A stretch of DNA of 64,000 nt from Naegleria gruberi (lineage: Eukaryota), in the NCBI GenBank assembly GCA_000004985.1, contig GG738902.1. The stretch is one strand, 5' to 3'. The position numbers and the translations under genes were made by a program. Shown here piece after piece: positions 56,541 through 64,000 of the stretch (its first letter is position 1; each line of letters opens with the position of its first letter). Below the pieces are notes generated by a model. The model searched no databases. It was given only the letters and a program-made list of their open reading frames with translations, and was not told the origin of the DNA.

Positions 56541-57323
56541 TTACACAGATCTTGTTGCCTTGAAGAAGTTACGTAAGACAAAAACTTGACCAACAGCCAT
56601 AACAACAATTCCAATCATTTCAGCAACACCCCAGAACATAACCTTTTCATTGGTAATTTCAGCCAAGTCTCTGTGACTTTCTTCTCTGGTACGATAGAAC
56701 TTTTGTTCGGTTTGAATTTCCGATAAACCTTCAGTCAATCTCAAAACTGATTTAACAATTGGGTCCTTTTCATCCAATTTACTAAGGTTTGGATCCAAAA
56801 GATCACCAACGTGGATTTCAAAACTAACAGTCTTGGATGTAAGCTTGGACATACGATTGGAGAAGCAGAACTTGTATCGTCCAGTTTCCACAGCAGTAAA
56901 TGTATATTTTCCTTCAGTTTCACCCTTGCTTTCGTGAACAAGAACTCCACTTGGAGCATTAATATAAAGATCAACATCTAAATATCCTCCGCTTGATACT
57001 TGGAATTGTAAAAGCACTTTGGCCTTTAATTTTCCAAAACATAATCAATTTGAATACAATCCAATAAATAATCATACAATCATGGCCATGATCAAATAGA
57101 TTAATAATTCAAAAACATCATCGGGGACAAACAACAATAACAAATTTTCCACCACCAATATAATTTTCAAATGACTTACATTCACTTTCTTAACATCCTC
57201 CCAAAAACATTGTTCACTCAATGGTTCAATCTTTACAGACAAGGCATCTGTTCTTTGTACCATCAAAATTGCTACCATCATCAGCACGGCAGCAGCCAAG
57301 CACATTAAACGCTTTGTATGCAT
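56541..57323 (-). CDS. p24/emp24 (TMED) GOLD-domain cargo receptor (two exons)
   Basis: Exons (minus strand) are 57323..57180 (signal peptide and the start of the GOLD domain, ..CFWEDVKKVN) and 57023..56541. The roughly 156-nt intron has a GTAAGT donor and a TTAAAG acceptor. Exon 2 encodes ..QVSSGGYLDVDLYI..GRYKFCFSNRMS..EQKFYRTREESHRDLAEITNEKVMFWGV.. followed by a TM helix and a C-terminal FFKATRSV tail. Confidence 0.75.
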
Positions 57324-57356
57324 TTTTTAATTTATTTTTATAAAAAATTGTAAAAA

Positions 57357-60023
57357 ATGCTGGCAGGGACATCGTCATCAAGCAATGCTGCTAATTTGTT
57401 CCCTGTAGGGCATTCATCATCATCAGGTCATGTTGTTGTTGGTGGTGGAGGTGTTTTATCGTCATCATCAGCATCAGCATCGATGGTTGTAGGAACAACA
57501 ACAACCAATTCTACAACAACATCAGGAGTAGCAAATAATATGAAACCGTGTTATTATACATTCTTTTCTGATGATTGTACTTCTCCTCTTCAACAACAAC
57601 CATCAAAATCAAAATTTCCATCATCTCCGAATTCTAGTGGTAGTGGTGGATCAGTTCCACACTTTATTAGTAAACAAGAGAAGGAAAGATTAAAATTAAA
57701 TGCTAAAAAGACTGTTAGTTTGGCTTTCATAGGAATGGGAAATCATAAGGCTATTGATATTACAAATCAAGTTTTAAAAAAGCAAGTATTTTACGACAAA
57801 ACTAAAACAAATACTGTGCCGAATAATCAGCCAACAAACACATCAACAAAATCAACATCCGAAAATAGTGGATTTGTTATTTTAAATAATGTTGTAAATT
57901 CCAATATCTCCGATCAACAAGGTTCCACTCCAAGAAAACAACATCAAATATCTATTGATTCTTACCATGATGTGGATCAAAATAAGGTTTATTTATTTGC
58001 TGACCTTATGCAAACACCTGAACATTGTAAAACATTCACTGAACAATTCTTACCTTACAAAATGTCAACAGTTGGCCAAACAAATTCTGGATATCAAAAT
58101 ATCTTGACACCAAACACCAATCATTCCTTTGATTTGGAGCATGCTATTGATTTTGAAAGAGTTTTACAAACTCTCTTATTTTTATTCCAAACATCACATA
58201 TGATTTTCTTTATTTTACCTTCATCTCAAAATAGTGGCAGTGTTTGTTCAAGTCTTCACCAAAATTTACTTTCTTTATTCAGAGTTTTACAAATTAGTAA
58301 GCAATATGTTAACTCAAAGGTTTTGGACGTAATCCATCAAGAAAAATCACAAACTACACCAACAAATCCAACCAATGAGAATCCGACTATGAAGATGATT
58401 AACACTATTCTCACAAGTCCAGTCATGTTGTCACTATATAGTCCAGGAAGAGTTTTACCTGTTATTTCCTTTATTTTCGTTCAGGAAAGAGAAAATTGGA
58501 ATAAGATGGCCAGTTTATGTGAACAACAAAAATTAAATGTTGATGATGAATTGGACGAATACATGCTGAACAGAATGCAAAATGGAGTTGAAAATCAAGT
58601 GAGGAATCATATTTTAAAGAAGGGAAAGTTCTCGGGTGTAGATTCTATCAAGACACCTCTTTTCATGATGGATCCAAACACTTGCACATTTGTAATTGTT
58701 GAGCCTGAAGATTCAGAAATTTCTCCATTCGGAACAAAGGTTTCTCTCGAACATTCAAGAAAGGCCCTCTTCTCCTTAAGTGATATTTCTGATAGTGAAG
58801 CTCTTCAAAAATCTAGTATCAACTCTAGAGCCCATCACAAATCAAAAAAGCCATCAGATTCTGCTCAAAGCCGTGAAACTTATATTGGTGTCAACAAGAT
58901 TGCTGGTTTCATTCAAAAGCAATTGGATTATTTTACCAAGCAAATGCAAGCTGGTAAAAGATTTATCTTGCCAACCTCATTGAATTGGTATCAAGCAACT
59001 TTTGCATTTGAAGAATTGTTTTCTCTTAATAATGAGGAATTGCAAAAGATTTTAGTAGACAAGACAAAGGATATTATCCATCCAAACTTTTCATTCTCTG
59101 ACAAGCGTTGCTCTCATGCGTTCAAGATAGCTACAGATCACTTCTTGCAAAAGGTACAAGCTTCTCAATCTACAAATGCAAAAATGATTGAGTTGGTCAA
59201 TGAAACAATTTCCAAGTACAAGACTTTTGCTTGTGGATATTTCTCCTCTCACTATAACCAACAACTTCAAACTTTCCTTCAAGCAAACACTCCAAAGCCA
59301 TCTCAAACACAACCTCAAAAGTTCGTTCCTTATCAATTTGTTACTGGTTGTCCAATTTCACAAATTTCTATTCAAAAAATTGGTGATTATACTTCTATGA
59401 ATGGAAGAAATGGAGCTATCAGAAGAGGAAATCAAATTATTAACTTTATTCAAGTACATACCATGTTATCTAGAGATAGATACCAAAAGAGAAAGAAGAA
59501 AAAGCCAACAAATAACCAAGAATACGCCCAAGATACTGAAGGAAATGATACATTCTTGATTGCTTTTGAATATGAAACTCCAAGAAAGGAATATGTTCTT
59601 AATCTTGATCAATTGACTCAATTATTCAAGCAAACTCATCCTACTGAAGGTCTTGTCAGTGCTTTGGATATGATTCAAAAAACCAGTATCCCTCTCTTCC
59701 TTCCTTCAAATTGGTTCTTATCTGACAAGAAAGGATCATTTGCCAGATTGAAGCAAATCACTATTGGAATTCCAGATGCTGATTTGACAAATACCATCAC
59801 CTTCTCACCTAAAATTTCTGTTCCTGTAAAGCAAGAAGGACCAACACCTGCCACCACTATTGTAGCTCCAAAGATTTTCCCTCTCTGCAACATCAAACAA
59901 GGAATTGTTTTTGGAAGAAATCAATTTTTAACTATTGATATTGATTATGATAGTAACCAACTTAACAATTATGAAGATGTTACTCAATTATTCCTCTACT
60001 CAAATTCTATTCAAATCAACTAA
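57357..60023 (+). CDS. Large conserved-looking protein, tentatively SMG8-like (nonsense-mediated decay factor family)
   Basis: 888-aa single ORF. Several short blocks resemble SMG8 (VYLFADLM, MIFFILPS, LPVISFIFVQ, TFVIVEPEDSE, FLIAFEYETPRKEYVL versus human FVGFEYEDSRGRRFMC). The family assignment rests on recalled motifs only. Confidence 0.35.
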   Translation: MLAGTSSSSNAANLFPVGHSSSSGHVVVGGGGVLSSSSASASMVVGTTTTNSTTTSGVANNMKPCYYTFFSDDCTSPLQQQPSKSKFPSSPNSSGSGGSVPHFISKQEKERLKLNAKKTVSLAFIGMGNHKAIDITNQVLKKQVFYDKTKTNTVPNNQPTNTSTKSTSENSGFVILNNVVNSNISDQQGSTPRKQHQISIDSYHDVDQNKVYLFADLMQTPEHCKTFTEQFLPYKMSTVGQTNSGYQNILTPNTNHSFDLEHAIDFERVLQTLLFLFQTSHMIFFILPSSQNSGSVCSSLHQNLLSLFRVLQISKQYVNSKVLDVIHQEKSQTTPTNPTNENPTMKMINTILTSPVMLSLYSPGRVLPVISFIFVQERENWNKMASLCEQQKLNVDDELDEYMLNRMQNGVENQVRNHILKKGKFSGVDSIKTPLFMMDPNTCTFVIVEPEDSEISPFGTKVSLEHSRKALFSLSDISDSEALQKSSINSRAHHKSKKPSDSAQSRETYIGVNKIAGFIQKQLDYFTKQMQAGKRFILPTSLNWYQATFAFEELFSLNNEELQKILVDKTKDIIHPNFSFSDKRCSHAFKIATDHFLQKVQASQSTNAKMIELVNETISKYKTFACGYFSSHYNQQLQTFLQANTPKPSQTQPQKFVPYQFVTGCPISQISIQKIGDYTSMNGRNGAIRRGNQIINFIQVHTMLSRDRYQKRKKKKPTNNQEYAQDTEGNDTFLIAFEYETPRKEYVLNLDQLTQLFKQTHPTEGLVSALDMIQKTSIPLFLPSNWFLSDKKGSFARLKQITIGIPDADLTNTITFSPKISVPVKQEGPTPATTIVAPKIFPLCNIKQGIVFGRNQFLTIDIDYDSNQLNNYEDVTQLFLYSNSIQIN

Positions 60024-60327
60024 TACTTGGGCTTAGTATTTGCGACTTTTCCTTGCGCATTGAGTCTTTACTCTTTCAGATACACATTTCATTGTGTTAA
60101 AAAAATCATCATATTTGGCTACTTGTCGACTGGAGAAAATTTTAGAACTTTCTTTACCAACACTTTGAAAATCGTCTCAATTATTTCACATTCTCGGCTT
60201 TCAATAAAGTTCCAACAATCGTATGTGTTGTTTCATTCTATCCTTTACCCATTCAATTCAATTATGCATTATTTTAAAAACTAATTAATATTTAAAAAGA
60301 ATTTCAACAAAAAATTGAAAAAGAAAA

Positions 60328-61845
60328 ATGAGTTCATTATTAAAGAGAAATTTACGCACTTGGATGAAAACTGGAAAACCAATCAATTTCCTTCCCTCGT
60401 TATCCTCATCATCCAATTATCATCACCATCAGTTAATTATTACCAACACAAATACTAGTCACTTGAGCAATCAGTACAATAGAATCGGAAGTGGTTGCAT
60501 GAATAATTCTTCATCTTGCTATCACACTTGTCTTTTCAATTCTTCTAACAATTCATCATCCACAACAATAACAAGTGATACAATTGTTTCCCTCATTCAA
60601 CAAGTAAAATCCATTATTCCAGCCAATGCAAGAGTATTACAATATGAACAATCAGAAGAAAAGAAGAGTTTAATCTTTTCACTTGCTCAACAAATTCAAT
60701 CCATTGTTAGAATGAAGAGAAATTCAGAAGAAGAAGTATCATCATTGAAATTGGAATTATTTGAAAAGGATTTACTTTTAACACCAGAAGCTTGTGTTGA
60801 TGTCTTGCTTTCTCTTTATTATTATCATCAATTTGCTGGAGATTTATCAAAGAAATCATTATATGATAATATTTTCTCAAGTATTAATCATGCTATTGAG
60901 AGTAGTATTGAAAAACCAAGTCCTGTACTCTACCACTTGAAAGGAATGTTTTTACAAAGATATTCCAGAGATGTTTTACTGCCAAGCTTTAAACAAGAAG
61001 AAGCTGTTGATAAATGCACAGAGGGTATTAAGAGTTTTGAAAAAGCTTTAAGGTTATATGAAAATAGTGAACTCAAGGATTCTAAGGAACTATACTATGT
61101 TCATGGAGATATTGCTATTTTGAATTTGTGGTTGTCAAATATGTTTAAAGCTCTTGCTTTTGTGAGACCAAACATCAGTCAATTTGAAGAATCTGAAACA
61201 GAAAAGGAATTCCAAAGAATGATTGAACAACAATTTTCTGAAGATGCTGTCAGAGAACAATTGGAAAATATGTCCAAGTCTAAGCCAGTTCAATCTGTTC
61301 CAGAAATGGAAAATTTGTTTTATCAAACTGGTGAAAGAGCTATCAAACATTTTAAAAAATCATTTGAAAAAGTAAGAGAAGCCAAGACAGTTTATGCCTA
61401 TGCTGGTGCTTTATTCTTAATGGAAAAAGTTCCAGAAGCAATCAACGGTTATGGAATGCTCTTTGAAAATAATAGAGAATTATATAATGATTTAATTGAA
61501 GAAACTCTCAAGAAGGAAACAACAGTCAACTATTCACTTTGTTTATATCACAATCATTCATTTTCACAAGCTAAGGATATTTTGAGTGAAACTCTTAAGG
61601 AATTCCCTGATGAAGCTCCACTGGAGGCATTCTTACTTCATCTTCAAGTTGCTGAAGACCCATCATCATTCAATGGAGAGAAAGGAAAGCAAGCTATTCA
61701 AAAATTCAAGAAATATTACTTTGTAATTGAGCAATTAGAAAGAGAAATGTCTAGAGGTGATATTCAAAAGATTAGTTATGATCCAAGACAACTTCAATTT
61801 TTCAAGAATATCTGTCAAGCTTACATGTCTGAATTAAAACAATAA
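60328..61845 (+). CDS. Hypothetical alpha-helical protein (505 aa), possible mitochondrial presequence
   Basis: Single ORF with a basic, hydroxylated N-terminus (MSSLLKRNLRTWMKTGK...). No recognised domain. Confidence 0.4.
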   Translation: MSSLLKRNLRTWMKTGKPINFLPSLSSSSNYHHHQLIITNTNTSHLSNQYNRIGSGCMNNSSSCYHTCLFNSSNNSSSTTITSDTIVSLIQQVKSIIPANARVLQYEQSEEKKSLIFSLAQQIQSIVRMKRNSEEEVSSLKLELFEKDLLLTPEACVDVLLSLYYYHQFAGDLSKKSLYDNIFSSINHAIESSIEKPSPVLYHLKGMFLQRYSRDVLLPSFKQEEAVDKCTEGIKSFEKALRLYENSELKDSKELYYVHGDIAILNLWLSNMFKALAFVRPNISQFEESETEKEFQRMIEQQFSEDAVREQLENMSKSKPVQSVPEMENLFYQTGERAIKHFKKSFEKVREAKTVYAYAGALFLMEKVPEAINGYGMLFENNRELYNDLIEETLKKETTVNYSLCLYHNHSFSQAKDILSETLKEFPDEAPLEAFLLHLQVAEDPSSFNGEKGKQAIQKFKKYYFVIEQLEREMSRGDIQKISYDPRQLQFFKNICQAYMSELKQ

Positions 61846-61855
61846 ATCAATTGAT

Positions 61856-62596
61856 TTATTTCTTCTTTGGCTTAACTTCTGGAATAGCAACTTCACCACC
61901 ATAATAAATAGCATCCATTTCCTTTTGAGAAATCTTCTTTCTTCTATATTGAGCTGGCAGATCACTAGCTGATGAATAGACGAGGACGCTTCCACGAACA
62001 GTAGGAGCAGCTGGAGCAACAGGCTTTGGTTGTGGAATGGTTGGTTGTGGCTTAGTTTCTTGTGGTTTAGCTTGTTCAATTTCGTCTCTCTTGCCATATC
62101 TAAACTTAATCATTGGTTCTCTCTTGTGGGCGGAAGAGGATGGTGTAGTGGTGGTGGTAGTAGTTGGAGTAGAAGCAGCTGGCTTACTTTCAGATGATTG
62201 AGTAGTGGCTGGTTTAGAAGCATCAGATGATGATGACGGAGCAGAAGCATCAGTATCAATAATAAATAAATCTCTTCCGATTTCAACCTTTTCTCCAATT
62301 TTTGGAACCAAAATCTTTGTGATCACTCCGGATTGTGGTGCTTTAACTTCTGCTTGTACTTTATCAGTATCTAAAGCAACAATAACTTCATCTTCCTTAC
62401 AAAAGTCTCCCTCCTTTTTAAACCAAGATCCAATTTCACCATCACTAATAGATTCTCCAAGTGTTGGTACTTTAACAGTTAAACTAGCAAATGGTGTAAT
62501 TTGTTGATGATAATTTCTCATCGACATGGAGGAAACCATTTTACTACTACAATTCAAGAATCGCTTCATATTACCTGCTCTATTGACAATAAACAT
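61856..62596 (-). CDS. Lipoyl-domain protein (2-oxoacid dehydrogenase E2-type lipoyl attachment domain) lacking an acyltransferase catalytic domain
   Basis: A predicted mitochondrial presequence is followed by VKVPTLGESISDGEIGSWFKKEGDFCKEDEVIVALDTDKVQAEVKAPQSGVITKILVPKIGEKVEIG, with a lipoyl-Lys in the TDK motif resembling OGDH-E2 ETDKTSVQVPSPANGVI. This is followed by a Pro/Thr/Ser-rich linker and a short basic C-terminus. Confidence 0.65.
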   Translation of the reverse strand: MFIVNRAGNMKRFLNCSSKMVSSMSMRNYHQQITPFASLTVKVPTLGESISDGEIGSWFKKEGDFCKEDEVIVALDTDKVQAEVKAPQSGVITKILVPKIGEKVEIGRDLFIIDTDASAPSSSSDASKPATTQSSESKPAASTPTTTTTTTPSSSAHKREPMIKFRYGKRDEIEQAKPQETKPQPTIPQPKPVAPAAPTVRGSVLVYSSASDLPAQYRRKKISQKEMDAIYYGGEVAIPEVKPKKK

Positions 62597-64000
62597 TTTT
62601 TTATAATTTTATTATTTTAGAAAATAAAAATGATGAAAATGTCGCGCGAAAAAGTGCCGAAATTCTCTTAATTTAACCAACACTGGAAGATCAAAGCCTA
62701 TGATGATGAAGATTAGTACAAAAGAGAGATGTAGTTTTGATGATGAAGGTGATGATAATTATAGTGTTGATTGGTTGATAGCATATGGAGAGGTATTAAT
62801 TTATTTAAAGTACAAGTAATTGAGAATTTAATGTTCGGAAGTGAGGAAGATTCTCAAAAAAATTAAATTGATTGAATAATTTAATTTAAATTTATTATTT
62901 CAACGCTCTATTTTCTGTACTGTAGTAAATTAAGCCATCAGCTAAGTGAACTGACTGTTCATTGGAATTTATGAATTCTTTCCGATATTCGATTTTTGGT
63001 TAATTTTCTATCAATTCAAAGAGGTCGAAATAGAATATTATAAGTTCAATGAATTTGTAAAGTTTATGAAATTTACTGTGGATTAAACTAATTAAACTAA
63101 TTCAAAACTATTCTAATCAAAGTTGAATAATTACGAGGAAATTCTTCTTACAAATTGCTAAATGCATTACATTATACATTCATCTTATGAAAATGCATTT
63201 TTCAGCTCGTTAACGTTGAAAGATCTTAAGTGTTACAAAGAAGGATCTTTGTATAGATCTGAAAATTAAATGTATTAATTCAATTTTACAATAATTTTGA
63301 GGAGGAAAATTAATTTTTGGTTGAAAACAGATATTCAAAAGCAATTTCGATAATTAATTATACAACCACTAATACAAAATGAACTTTACAATGTTGATAC
63401 AATTCAGCTAAACGACTGAGATTGCAAGTCATACACTTTAGGATGAAGAAATTGTGCAATTTTTGAATGAATTAACCTTTCTCGAATCACATTTCTACTA
63501 ACGTGTTTACGTTCTATTTGAAACTTTCATGGCTTCCTGCAATAGCATCCATCCTCTTGACTTTATTTGTTCAATCTTCGTATTTGAAAACATTCAATTC
63601 TCTTTTAAATACCATTAACTTTCTAAATGGGAAATTTTAAAGTTGACTCAATTGGTGCTATTACAGATTCAATACTTTAATATTTAAAAGGTGTTAATCA
63701 TTTGAAATTGTTTTTGAAATCTTGCACCTGATAAATCCCTGCACAAAACAACTAGCGGAGTTGCAAGAATAGAATTAATCACCCAAATTCATCTCATTAA
63801 TGCGAAATATTTAATATTTCTTTCGAATACCCGGCTGTCTCCTGTTTATCTCAATTTGGCAATTTTTATGTCTGGCAAGAATGAATTAAAGTTGGCAGGC
63901 CTTTCGCTTAATATTGAGACGAAAGACAATAAAAAAATGTCCCAATTACGATCTAGGTTTGTTTCTAAATTGACGTAATTCGAATGACTTTTCTTTTAAA

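Noticed and set aside
1-64000. Prokaryotic-style defence island, operon or CRISPR array
   Set aside because: The sequence is clearly eukaryotic. It has spliceosomal introns with GT..AG boundaries, 300-1200 bp AT-rich intergenic spacers, and eukaryote-specific genes (ISWI, PDS5, TSG101, Vti1, p24, RPL17). There are no direct-repeat/spacer arrays and no Shine-Dalgarno-linked gene clusters.
62597-64000. Possible gene in the terminal 1.4 kb
   Set aside because: No ORF longer than about 50 codons, no codon periodicity, and very AT-rich. It is probably intergenic sequence or the UTR of a gene beyond the window.

Overview
This window is AT-rich (about one-third GC) eukaryotic nuclear DNA. It is not prokaryotic: I found no operons, CRISPR arrays, defence islands or tRNA/rRNA genes.

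Gene content and structure:
- It carries about 34 protein-coding genes on both strands. Many are interrupted by very short spliceosomal introns, mostly 39-55 nt. The introns use GTAAGT, GTATGT or GTTAGT donors, CTAAT/TTAAC-like branch sites and YAG acceptors.
- Proteins are rich in N/Q/S/T homopolymer tracts and acidic runs. The standard genetic code applies, with TAA, TAG and TGA all acting as stops.

Organism:
- These features, together with a fungal-type Zn2Cys6 gene, fit an amoebozoan (dictyostelid-like) or an early-diverging or Taphrinomycotina-like fungus.
- I cannot name the organism from sequence alone.

Genes I recognise with confidence:
- ISWI SNF2-family chromatin remodeler
- PDS5 (sister-chromatid cohesion protein)
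- MLH1 (mismatch repair, six exons, ending in the conserved FERC motif)
- TSG101/Vps23 UEV-domain protein
- Vti1 Qb-SNARE
- two head-to-head ABCB half-transporters
- ribosomal protein L17 (uL22)
- V-ATPase proteolipid subunit c
- a Sir2-family protein
- an M1 metallopeptidase
- an alpha/beta-hydrolase fold-3 esterase
- an MDR quinone-oxidoreductase
- a p24/emp24 GOLD-domain cargo receptor
- a Kelch-repeat protein
- a CDKN3/KAP-like phosphatase
- a lipoyl-domain protein
- a BTB protein
- a Zn2Cys6 transcription factor

Observations worth a second look:
- a P-loop NTPase fused to a ComEA-like tandem helix-hairpin-helix domain
- a collagen-like, glycine-rich protein whose repeat region is split by five micro-introns
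- a DUF4116-repeat gene interrupted by a single in-frame TGA
- a start codon split by an intron in RPL17
- a roughly 225-bp near-identical inverted repeat (apparent gene conversion) inside the two ABC paralogs
- a CPBP/PrsW-like intramembrane protease homolog
- a lipoyl-domain-only protein

I derived every exon boundary by hand from reading frames and splice signals. Boundaries are approximate and need transcript evidence.
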